Assembly (NCBI RefSeq): GCF_000002865.3
Contig: NW_001865055.1
Span: 195,830 to 244,347 of the forward strand
From: Monosiga brevicollis MX1
Lineage: Eukaryota
Reading direction: 5' to 3'
DNA: 48,518 nucleotides
Shown: positions 26,387 to 37,197 of the stretch, in pieces
Position numbering within the stretch: position 1 is the stretch's first letter
Layout of the letters: every line of letters starts with the position of its first letter
Program-made: the position numbers and the translations under genes
The notes under the pieces: model-generated
Databases searched by the model: none
Seen by the model: only the letters and a program-made list of their open reading frames with translations
What the model was told of the DNA's origin: nothing

Positions 26387-27930
26387 AATAAACCCACACT
26401 GACACAGACACTCGAACGGGCACCAATCCAGTGATAGTTAAACCAGGTGGGAACGTACGGCTGTATTCGGGTTGTACGTCGGCATATTGTCCACCCGCAC
26501 CACCGTAAGTGCCTTGCATGTCATCATACACGGGCTTGTGGGCTGTGGGGTGTTGCATCAGCGATATGAGCCATGTCTGCGGGGGCGGGCAAGACGCACG
26601 GGCCGGCGAATACTTACTATCAAATGCCTGGTCATAAATGGGGGCCTGCTCTTCACCAACCACATCATACTGGGCGGGCATGTGCTGAGCACGAGGCATG
26701 GGAGGCACGGGAGGCGCGTGTGCCTGCATGCCCTGACGCTGGCCCTTCGCCAAGAATGACTTGTAGCGCAGCTCAAAGGCCTGATCGTGAACGAGAGGTG
26801 GGTAAGCAAGTAGCCCAAGGTGCAAGCGAGCGAATATGGGAGGGTGGGAGATCAAACACAGCCTACCTGGCCAATGGTGACCATGATCTCGTTGGCACGA
26901 CTGCCACAGTCAAAGACATGGCATTCACGGTTGTTACGCTGATCCTTGGCGATGTAGCCAATGCGTTCATAGGTGTTGGGACGATCACCAGTGGCAAAGG
27001 AGATGCTGGGCACAATATGGGTACCAATGATCTATAAAAGTACATCGCATGAGGATGGTGAGAGCATACGCACGTGTGCTTGCGGGGTTCAAGTGTTGCG
27101 CGCGCAGGGGGGTCGTGGCGAGGGTTGGAAGGTATGAGACGCACCTCGCCCGTCTCAATCACTTGAATGGTGAGGCCGGTGACGGAGATTTTGAGTCGCA
27201 CGTTCAGGTTCATAGCCACGGGATCCTCTGCAAATCCCACGAGCGCAAAGAGATACACCGAAGCAGGGCAAGGAAATCAAAAGGAACAAGGGGAATGAGA
27301 GGCCATTCGTTGGGGCCGCAGAGAAAAGCAACGGGCAGCTGGTTCAAGTCATGGCGCGGGCAAGGGCAGAAAAAGGATCGAACCGACGAGGGTACGCTTC
27401 ATCAAGGGCGTGGCTTGGCGGGTGACGGGGTCAACGACGCCGACGGTCTCAGAGACGAGTTGAATGGCCTCGCTGCGATTCCAGACCAAGTCGATTGACG
27501 TCAAGCAAACAGGCGGTTATTGAGAGGAGAAGGCGCTCGCTCGTGCAGTGCCGGGGTAGAGCGCTGGCTCAAACAAGGTACATACCGAGTCACGGCAGTA
27601 CGATCCTCGAAGCGCATGGTGCGCATGCTCATGGCAAAGGGAATCTTGCCCAGGTACTATCATCACCCGTCGACGTGATGTTATTGACACAGCGTGGTTG
27701 TGAGCATTGGTTGGAGAACTGAACCATGTTGAGCCAAAGCAAGCGCAAAAGAAGTCTCAGGCAGAGGTGGTCCAAAAGGCAGGTTGCTCCAGCCGGGGTC
27801 TGAATCGAACCTTGACCGGGTAGACAATGCCATCGGGGGTCGAGAGGGCGGCATCGTGGTGGATCCAGCCGTTGGCAGGACGCTGCATGAAGGAACCCGA
27901 ACGGTTCCACTCCTTCTGGGCGGCAGCCAT
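25809..27930 (-). CDS. Shc-type PTB-domain adaptor with Tyr/Gly/Asp-rich tail, no SH2 domain visible
   Basis: EWNRSGSFMQRPANGWIHHD...GIVYPVK|YLGKIPL..SMRTMRFEDRTAVTR|EAIQLVSE...|IIGTHIVPSISFATGD...YIAKDQRNNRECHVFDC..RANEIMVTIGQ|AFELRYK aligns colinearly with the SHC1 PTB (EWTRHGSF.NKP.RGWLH, SMRALDF.TRT.VTREAI.LV, SISFA.G, YVAKD..NQRACH, TIGQAFELR). Confidence 0.88.
26181..26352. repeat. Near-perfect 86-bp tandem duplication inside an intron of the PTB gene
   Basis: TAAAG.CCAACTGAGATGGAGGACCGAGGCTCAGA...CACATACAGGCAC begins at 26181 and again at 26267. Confidence 0.9.
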
Positions 27931-28033
27931 GTTCAAAGAGAATGTGCAAAGAGGACGGCGACGCTTTGGAAAAAGCCAACGGCGAAGCTTGCGCGCGACT
28001 TGAACCCAAACTGCTCAAGACCTAAAAACGCCA

Positions 28034-28088
28034 AGTCGAGCCGAGTCGAGTCGAGCCGAGTCGAGTCGAGCCGAGTCGAGTCGAGCCG
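28034..28088. repeat. (GAGCCGAGTCGAGTC)n 15-nt minisatellite
   Basis: About 3.5 visible tandem units upstream of the PTB gene. Confidence 0.9.
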
Positions 28089-28305
28089 CGATCAGAGGAT
28101 GATGAGGCTTCGATCGCCACAAAAAAAAAAAAAAAAAAAAAAAGGCCTTCTCCTGATCCATGCACAGCATCGACAGGCTTCTCTCTCTCCCGCCAGCTTG
28201 TTGAATCGGAGAGAGGCGGAGGGATCTCAGCACCGAGCACCAAGTTCCCGGCACAACGACGACGTCTTGGTGTTCAGTGACTCGAACCCGACGACGCGCT
28301 GCCAT

Positions 28306-28460
<155 letters not shown>

Positions 28461-29146
28461 CAGCTGATGCGTAACTGTAACTTAAATCACACTTTACTTG
28501 GCTACAGTCTAACACACGCGAGGAACGTGATGTACCCTTGAATGTCAGATAAACACGTTGGACTACTTTAGAGGATGTATTTTAATAATGCTATTCGTCT
28601 GACAATTGGGTCTTGATGTCAGCAGCGTCGCGTTCGGGGTCGTTGACACACAAAGCGTGCCCGCATGATCTCTAGCTGAACACCTACGAACCTTGTGGCC
28701 TCATCCCCCAAACAGCATCTCTTCCACTTTCCCGGCCGGCCGTCACTGTCTCTGTCTCCATCAGCGGCAGAGTGTGTGCCCCCTGCAGCCGCAACCCTGC
28801 CTTCCTTCCTTCCTTCCTTCCCTCCTTCCTTCCCTCCTTCCAGAGTGAGTCACGTGCTTGAGGTGGACTGCCGTTTTTTTTTTTTTTGGGAGGCAGGCAG
28901 CGCTGTAGCTCCCCGCCACCCGGCGGGCGAGCTGGTTTGTGCCTGGTATAGAGCCAGGTTTCGCTTCGTGGCCCACCCTGGGGTCGCTATTTCGCGCGCG
29001 CTCATCGCCGCTTCTCCCTGTAGATCGTCTGGTGCATCTCCTCCGCTGGAAGAGCCACTGCCCGCAGTGGAGCTCTCGTTGCGTCGGCAGCAATTCTGAT
29101 CGCAACTAGGTCTTGCAGTTTGAGAAGGAGAAGCTACAGTGCCATC

Positions 29147-29573
29147 ATGCATCCCCAACTCTCCGAGCATCTGCACGTCATGTGCCGTGAATTTATCGAA
29201 GCGTTACACGAATGCCACGAAAAGGTTTGAAGACGCGGCAGCCCTCCGCCCCCACCCCTGCCCCCGCCCCCGCCAGTGTATTGTGTCTGGGCTCTGATGC
29301 GGTACCTTGCGCCACTTAGAACCCCACAACCAAGCTGGCAGGAGCCTGCAACGAGGTGGAGGCAGCCATGTCTGCCTGTTTGCGTGAAGAGGTGGGCCTG
29401 TCGTCTTACGCGGCGCCCGTACTGCCCTGCTTCGTTGGGCTTGCTCTCACATCTGACCGTGTTTTTGATGTGGCTAGCGTGCCAAGAACAGGGCAAGCAA
29501 CGCCGCCAAAGCCAAAGCACGTCGCCAAGCTCTCGAGGAACGCCTTCGTGCTCAGCACAGCGACGAAGCGTGA
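29147..29573 (+). CDS. CMC2: COX assembly mitochondrial protein 2 (twin Cx9C family)
   Basis: Exons 29147-29224, 29320-29391, 29478-29573: MHPQLSEHLHVMCREFIEALHECHEKNPTTKLAGACNEVEAAMSACLREERAKNRASNAAKAKARR.... The MHP.LS.HLH start and two CX9C motifs match CMC2. Confidence 0.92.
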
Positions 29574-30201
29574 CCATCACTTGACTTTTTTGCAAACCAC
29601 CTCGCCGCGTCTCCTTGCACCCCGCCTCACTTTTCATTGCATGGTCTCTCAGCCGCCACGAGTGCCTTTTTAGCAGAGGGCAGTGGCGGTTGTGGCTTGC
29701 CTCGCCCGCTGGTCGGGTTTTCACTCCCTGCTGTCATGTGGTGTCATCTTAGCCCTCAGAATACTCTGGTTCGGACAGGGTGCAGTGCTCGCCAATCCAT
29801 GGTTGCTTATATGATGGCATTGTTTCACCACAATCATCAAGCATTCTCAACTGAAGGTGGAAACACACGCGCGCGTGCACGCGCGGCGCGCCCGGCGACG
29901 AGCATGTGCTTTGACCAGAGCCACAGACTTCCATGATCTCACACTCTCCTCGGGGCAGCCATTCACCACACAGGAGCACCAATAGAACACGCGCAACAAC
30001 TTTAGACATGGATATACATACCACGAGCTCTAGGTCAGACAAGATTGGAACATACAACACTCTTGCCGCCCGCCACAACAATACAAAAACACTGTCAACC
30101 AGGAAATAAACCAAGCTTGGCGCCCCGAGGTGAGACGCAGTCTTGGTGCTCGGGGCTCGCGGTGGGCCGGTCTTTGCTCAGCAAGGACCAAACGAGCTTA
30201 G

Positions 30202-30955
30202 TTAGAATAGAGGGGCGGTCCAGGACCGGGGGCGAAGCGGCGGCGTTGCTGATGTACAGACTGGCCCCTGTTTTTGCAAGCGCTTGAGCGAACTCTGTTC
30301 CACAGAGAGAGAGAGAGAGAAGGTGAGACTGCAGTTTATGATGCGTTGCGTTCATGCGCGCACAGGTGGCAGGGGGGCATGGGAGCGTGTCTGCCGCGCA
30401 CGACATACCCGGCCTTCAAGGCGAGAAGTGGCTTGCTTCAAGCGGGACCGTGGGGATTTGGCTTCAGCAAAGGCCAGGTTGGTGGGGGGCTGAACCCAAA
30501 TCTGGGCGTCTAGACAAGTCATGTCAATGTTCAAGACTGTGAGGGATCATGGACAGTGATGGGCTGCACACCGGGAATAAAACTCCGCCGCACATCCCAG
30601 TCTGTGCCGGCCCTTGAGCGGATGGGTATCCTTGAAAGAAGCGATGAATAGACTCACGTTTAAGGTTCATGCAGTGATCGCAGAGCGCGCTGGGGGCCAG
30701 GATGGCCGAGGCTCCCGCGGCAAAACGATGGCCACATTGCTCGCAGGGGGTTTTGGAAGGCGAGGCCGCCACATACCAGTTGTCTGAGGGCTTGGTCGCT
30801 GGCTCCGGGGAAGTGAGGCGCGGGCCGGGAATGGGTCGCGCGGCAGACCGTTCAGGCAGGGCGACTGCTAAGTCTTGAAGCAGATCAATGGGCGAGGCAT
30901 CAGCCAGCCCGGTCGTCAGGGGCAACGAAGAGCTCAACGCATTGAGCTCATTCAT
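30202..30955 (-). CDS. Hypothetical small protein with CX2C-X17-CX2C motif
   Basis: Tentative three-exon model MNELNALSS...CEQCGHRFAAGASAILAPSALCDHCMNLK|HAQIWVQPPTNLAFAEAKSPRSRLKQATSRLEGR|SSLKRLQKQGP...LF*, using GTGAGT and GTATGT donors with compatible phases. No homology recognised. Confidence 0.45.
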
Positions 30956-31525
30956 ACTGGAGGGACGGGGAGGTCTGCCCGATTGATAATGGTGGTTTCC
31001 TCTGACGCGACGGCCAGCTGCAAGGCAGCACCGGGGGCTGTTGCTCGTGCGGAAGTAATGGCCGCCAAGGTGTAGCCTGACGCTCAAGCGGAAAAATGAA
31101 TGGGCACGGCGGCGATCCAAAGCGATGTTCACATCAAGGAAATGGCGGTGTTGCTCACGAACGCACGCACGACAAGGGAGCACGGGCGTCCCTCAGACCA
31201 AATGAAAGCAAAAGGGCGCAATACCACAAGGGGGGGGGAGGGGAGCACCCGGATGAACGATGGGGGAATGGATGGCAAATGAGTCAAAGCGCGCCCTCGT
31301 CTCTGTGGAGAGCGCTCGCATGCAAGCCTGCAAAGGTGTGTATGTGTGTATGTAAACCGAGAAGACCGCAAGTGGAAACGCGCGCAAGGCCAGCAGCGAC
31401 ACCGATGCAGATACTGTCACCAAGTTGATAAAACGACAAGTAGGTCGTGGCAAGTCAGGGAGGTAGGGTGTGGGTAAATGCCCTCTCTGTGTGAGCAAGT
31501 CAAGGCTGGGCGGCGCAGCTGAATC

Positions 31526-31560
<35 letters not shown>

Positions 31561-33185
31561 GGGAGGGAGAGGGAGGGAGAGGTGTGCCTGTGTGTCTGGC
31601 TCGGGGCTTGGGGAGGTGTTGGGTTGGGGTTGGAGCCTGTTCTGTTGCACTTGATGGTGTGTTTTCGAGTCTCTGATCCTCTTTCCAGCATGAGCCTATT
31701 CTCTGGTTTTGCTTGGGTTTATAATGATGGAAGAAAACTGATTGGGGAATATCTCTGACATACTACTGCCACTTGAGCTTGCCTCTGCATGTAGGCGTCG
31801 AAACATGCGCTTGCGTGGTGGGCGGAGCTTGTGACAAACTTCCCCAAGCTTCCGGGATCGCGAGCAGCAAACGCGCAGGTCCAACGACACTGCCCCGGCC
31901 GTGTTGCCAATCAGGCATCAAGAACCCTTGCCCCCTTTTCCCCCTTGAACACAAGAATACCAGCCAAGAGCTCGCCATCCGACAGCAACCCGCTGCCATT
32001 TTCCGTAAGCAGAGCGTCATGGGGGATGCAACATCAACAAAACTCCCTGACACTCCTTGCAAACAAAAGGACTCGATGCACCCAAGGTTGCCGGCGATTG
32101 AGAAGATGACGCTATTAGTGGAGAAGATGCAGAAAATATGATTATTAACGCCATGTCGCGTTCTACACAAATCAAGAAAACGACGAGGATGTCACCTTAA
32201 GTGTCGAATATCACAGAATTATTGTTCCATACGTTGATTCTGATGGGTCTGCGCGATGCCTGCCTGCTTGCTCGTTCTGGATGCTACCGCGGTGATGTGG
32301 TCGTCGCGAGCGTTGGTGGAGAGGGGCTTGCTTCGCATTGTTTCGCAGAGCACCAGTCAAGGGCCGCTTGATTGATGCGGCAGCGCATGCAAGGCGGGCC
32401 GGTTGCTTTCGCATGTCCGCACTCTCCTTGGGAGCGGACAGGAGCAGGTGATTCGATCTCGGTCGCTCCATCCCTCATGAACATGAATCACAAGAAAGCG
32501 CGAGGGTCACTTTCCGCCACAAAAACGCAACAGCAGCCTCAAATCTGGGCGAGTTGATCGATCCACCCTCGAAACAAGGGGTGCCCCCTGTGGACATGGG
32601 GCGGCATGAGCAAGCAACAGGATCGATCTGCTTCGTGTCGGCGCAGGCGACAATGCTCCATGCCGTGCCAATGACGCGCAATGGAAGCTGTTGAGATCAT
32701 TCTGCAACGTCTGTCAACCACATTGGGCAGCTGCATTGACAACTTTGTCCCCTTGACCGGCCATGTCATCAGTCCGATCGAAAAACGACAGGGGAAAAAG
32801 AAAAGAAAAGAAAAGAAAAGAAAACAAAAAACAAAAAACTGGGATCGGTATTAATGAATAGCTTTGCAGGCAAGTGGCAGAGCTCTGTCTGCGGCATCAG
32901 CAGACAAGGGCAAGGACATGTTGTGATTGTATTCACAAAATTTGAAGATGTCTGGGCATCATGCCGTGAGATTCCGAGGGACAAGGTATAAACGTCTTTT
33001 TCAACTGTATAAAAATTTTAATTGTTTGGGCTGATCATAAAAATTGAAAACACAAGCATAGCTGGCGGCGCACGCGCTCAACAATAGAGAAAAAGCATTG
33101 GCGCCATGTCACCCCTTAAAAAGACGGCACATTGGCACGACATCTCGAGTCGTCATCGCCCCGCAGGGGCACAGGTCAAACAGGC

Positions 33186-34748
33186 TTAAACAAGCTTCTT
33201 GGCCTCGAAAAAGGATTTGAGGTGGCGAACCTGCCACAAGGCTGTCAGCACCAAGACCAAAGCTTGGGCAATTGACCAGTAGAGGACCCGCTCATTGGTC
33301 GAATGGCTGATGGACCGGAATTCAGCCTCACGGCGCTAAAGATGCAAAAACACAAAACGCACAACCAGCGTGAGCAAAAGAGCAAAGAAACGTTGGCAAA
33401 CAAAGCAAAAGCAACAGCAAAAATAAAAGTAACATGCCACAACGAGAGCAGGACGATTTGCAACACACCCGTTGGTAAGCTTGTTCACTCGAGAGGGACT
33501 TGGCTTGCGAGATGAGCTGGAAGAGACGAGTCTCAATCTACGTGGGATTGACCCAAATGCAAAAGGGTGAGACCAAGTGCAGTGCATCAAGCCGCAATTG
33601 CACGTCAAAAGGTGATGATAATAAGAGGGTGTAGCGAGTGGTAAAAAAATCCACGACACGACTTTTAATAACGCATCGGGGACGAACAAGCCCGCATATG
33701 GTCTTCGCGACGAAAAGAGTGGTTGGCAATGCACAAGGCGTTGATCCGGAGACCAACATCCCCACAAGCAAGGCAGGGGGGGGGGGGGTTGATGTGTGTT
33801 TGTATGATAGAAATTATAGGGGAAGAGGAGGTTGAACAAACAATAAAAAACAGTAGCAGCAAAAGACATAGGCAGAAACTGATGTCTTCTTGACTTACAG
33901 CTGAATAAGACTCCTTCTTGGAAATCGTCTGATAGTCGTTGGCTGACTCGCCCACCAGCAACTGAAGAGTGACACGCTATCGACAAGATAAAATGAAAAA
34001 AACAATCACATGAGTGTACGGGTATGGGCATGCCACTATTGCTCTGAACCAAGTAAGGAGCTTACCACGGTGCGGGCGGAGAACCAGCGGGTCGAGTTGG
34101 TGTGAAGGCAGATGGTATGCTCACCAGCCTCGTGCGAGGTGAAAGCAAAGCGTCCCTCGGCTATTGAAGAAAGATGAAAATAACATTGATGAGAACAGGC
34201 ATGAGCCACAGACAAGGCAAGACGTCACAAAATCCAGTGACAAGAAACAACTACACAATCTCACCTTCATAGTCCTTGGCCATCAGCACATCATCATCGG
34301 GATCCGTAATCTAATTGACAGCATTCAAGAATTATTCAGAAGACAAAGAGAGCAAAGCCTTTGAATGGCCACTGAATGCCAAGGCGATGGCCCAAAACAA
34401 GACAAACCAACCTGAACGTGAATACCATAACCGGGCGCCGTATCACTGAACGTGCCATCATCACGCTGAGGCTGTACTTTATACTTGCCTGTGAGCAAGA
34501 CGGGCAAAGGACAAGAGGTAAGCGGAGCGTGTTACAAGCGCAAACCAAGTCACAAAGCGCCGTGCAACGGCCACGGCGGCAATGCCGGCGTGAGACGTAC
34601 CAATCACAAGAGTTTCATCGGGAATTTCCTCGATAAAGCATCGCTCCTCGTTCTCCTTGATGTGAAAGTAGAGCCCAGACACGGACGACACCATGCTCAA
34701 AGCGAGCATGAGCGACGCCAGCGCTGCCATTCTCCCACTAACCGCCAT
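33186..34748 (-). CDS. p24/TMED cargo receptor, alpha subfamily (TMED4/TMED9-like)
   Basis: Signal peptide, then [80 protein letters not shown] and a C-terminal [16 protein letters not shown] dilysine motif. Confidence 0.94.
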
Positions 34749-35246
34749 GGTTCTTTCCCCCTCCCGGTCAGTTTCCACTGACACGACAACAGAGAGAGAG
34801 AAAGAGAGAGAGGAAGAAAATGAAAAAATCCAGCACCTGTAACCAAACGTTAGTGCGGTGCACACCCGTTGCTCCAAATTTTGAATAACTTTCGACCGGT
34901 TTTTCCGATTAGAGCTGATTGACATGTGAGTCAAATGATTCTGACATTTTAAAATGGATCACATTTTAAAATGAATGAGCCACACGGACTGCCATCGTGT
35001 CGTATGGGTTTCTGGGCGCTCATTGGCTCGAGGGCAACTCGCATGGATCCGAGCAGCAACCTTCACTCTCTCTTGTTTTGTTTGTTTGTCATTTGATAGC
35101 CCGGCAGGAAACGATTCACAATGACATTGGTACACAGACTGAACTTTTGAATTGATGACCCAGCAAAGCAAAGTGCAAAGGGAGAACGAACAATGAAAAA
35201 CAACAACAAGTCAAGACAATCGGCCACGGCACTTTAAGACCAACTG

Positions 35247-36779
35247 TCAGAGTTCGAGCTTTTTTGGGCGAGTGTCCGAGGTTGCTCTTGAAGGCTGCTC
35301 CTTGCGACCTGTAAAGCCGAGCTGAAATTCGGCTTGGCTGTGAGCAAAATCCTTTTCGTAGTCGTCATAGTTCCACTTTGAGATGCCCTGAGTTCGGATG
35401 TCTCGAATCTTCTTGTACTCCAGGATCCGAAAGCAACTGAGACACGGAAAGTAGTTGGTGTAGATCCGTGCCTCTCCAAGATTGGTCACCTTTGAGAACA
35501 GAACAGCATTGCATTCAGCATGGATGACATAGGGATACTTTGTGGTATGCTGCTGGCTCTGCTTCTTGGTACGAGGAAGATCAAAATGCGTGGCTTGACT
35601 GCGGAAAGCATTGTAGCCATAGGATATGAGCACATCGTCTTGAACCAGAGCAGCACCGACACGGCGGTCAGAATCTTCGCTCCTCAGTGACACAAGATAA
35701 GTCACAAGGTAGCCGACAATATCCATCATGTCGAGTTCTTGGCAGCTTTCTTGAGCGGCCCAGGGCCCATAGAGGCGAGAATCTCGACCAAAACTTGACT
35801 TGAGGTGTTTCAAATCTGTGGGACGAAGCTTTTCGGATGAAAAGTCGGGTGTGAACCAGAGAAGGTTCAACAAGGCCTTCTGAAAGGCTTTAAAACTCTT
35901 GGAAGCCTCCTGATGCATATCTTCATAGTCCGCGACGAGCTGTTTCATTTTGTCTTCTGTCAGCAATTTCATGGAAGAAATCCAATCTTGAGTAGCATAC
36001 CAGCGGTCACTCCGTTTTTCTGCGACTTTGCCAGGCGTGCCGATAGAGTCAGCCACTGGTGTCTTCTCGCTCGGAAAATTTATCTCTGGAATCAAAGTTG
36101 ACACCATGGTCGGGCTGGATCGGCTCAACCGCGACCAGATAATCTGGTTGCCTCCTGCAGGTTCGGCAGGCAGGCCTTTATTGGCTTCTTGAGGCAGAGT
36201 CCCTCCTGTAGGTTCGGCAGGCAGGCCTTTATTGGCTTCTTGAGGCAGAGTCTCTCCTGTAGGTTCGGCAGGCAGGCCTTTATTGGCTTCTTGAGGCAGA
36301 GTCCCTCCTGTAGGTTCGGCAGGCAGGCCTTTATTGGCTTCTTGAGGCACAGTCATGGCCACGGGAACCAGAACGATGCGTTTCAAATTGGCTTGGAATA
36401 GGAGCTTGATTGTATCTTCCGTTTGTGGAAAATTGGCGAGAAACAAGGTGCCGCCTGCACACGCATGGAGACCATGGTCATAAAGCAACGCAGCCGCCGC
36501 ATCCATCAGAGGAGCGCGGGCACGGGCTGCAATGAATTGCCCGGCCTGATCTAGGAGTACAGCTCCCTCACCCTGAGGACCTTCGGATAGCAAGGCCATC
36601 GCAACAGCCAAGGTTCCATGGATACTGTCCTTGTGTGGTCGAGAAAGCAAGCTTTTGGTTTCGGTTGGCGGGGGCGAGCTTGTGCTTTCGGTTGTTGGGT
36701 CATGAGGGGGGGTCGAGGGGGGTTGAGGGAGCTTCTTCTGATCAGGCTTTGACTTCTTTGTGGCTGGTGAGCCCTCCAT
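35247..36779 (-). CDS. CDADC1: CDADC1-like two-domain cytidine/dCMP-type deaminase, single long ORF
   Basis: C-terminal domain has RSEDSDRRVGAAL...GYNAF...KYPYVIHAECNAV...FPCLSC (HAE and PCxxC Zn motif; GYNAF as in CDADC1). The N-terminal segment LLYDHG...LFLANFPQTEDTIKLLFQANLKRIV resembles a second, degenerate deaminase fold. First ATG at 36779; a small upstream exon cannot be excluded. Confidence 0.78.
   Translation of the reverse strand: MEGSPATKKSKPDQKKLPQPPSTPPHDPTTESTSSPPPTETKSLLSRPHKDSIHGTLAVAMALLSEGPQGEGAVLLDQAGQFIAARARAPLMDAAAALLYDHGLHACAGGTLFLANFPQTEDTIKLLFQANLKRIVLVPVAMTVPQEANKGLPAEPTGGTLPQEANKGLPAEPTGETLPQEANKGLPAEPTGGTLPQEANKGLPAEPAGGNQIIWSRLSRSSPTMVSTLIPEINFPSEKTPVADSIGTPGKVAEKRSDRWYATQDWISSMKLLTEDKMKQLVADYEDMHQEASKSFKAFQKALLNLLWFTPDFSSEKLRPTDLKHLKSSFGRDSRLYGPWAAQESCQELDMMDIVGYLVTYLVSLRSEDSDRRVGAALVQDDVLISYGYNAFRSQATHFDLPRTKKQSQQHTTKYPYVIHAECNAVLFSKVTNLGEARIYTNYFPCLSCFRILEYKKIRDIRTQGISKWNYDDYEKDFAHSQAEFQLGFTGRKEQPSRATSDTRPKKLEL
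36151..36349. repeat. Coding 51-bp tandem repeat, ~4 copies (PQEANKGLPAEPTGGTL)
   Basis: Units start at 36151, 36202, 36253 and 36304 and are nearly identical at DNA level. Confidence 0.95.
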
Positions 36780-37197
36780 TTTACCGGCTTCAAACACTTG
36801 TTGACCAGTGATCCGAGGAGTCGCCGGCTTCAAAGATGAAAACTAGAATCGGAATCATAACAACACACAACATCACATAGGCGTCTGACGAATTCAACTT
36901 TGGTTCTGAAAGTCAAACAAGCAAAAGCTTTGAATACATTTTCATCCAAAAATCAATTCACACTTTTGAAAGTAATCAGAACAACAACACCTGTTTGCAA
37001 CAGGTGTTGCGTTCACCTGTTTATTTTTTGATCTTGAGGTGACGTCGACGGCAGCGCGCCGAGATGACCGGCGCGCTGGACGGCTGGAAGGAGGGGCTGT
37101 TGACTCGTCTCTGCGCCGTAGACTGGGCAACTGTTCTTATTTGATGTCATACTTGATACTCATCTCTCTCTCTTTCTGTGTGTAGGGTATCGCCGAC

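Noticed and set aside
36151..36349. 51-bp repeats as a possible CRISPR array
   Set aside because: Contiguous in-frame coding repeats with no unique spacers, in a eukaryotic gene with no cas genes nearby.
34900..37000. Deaminase ORF as cargo of a transposon
   Set aside because: No terminal inverted repeats, LTRs, target-site duplication, poly(A) tail or transposase/RT sequence could be identified on its flanks.
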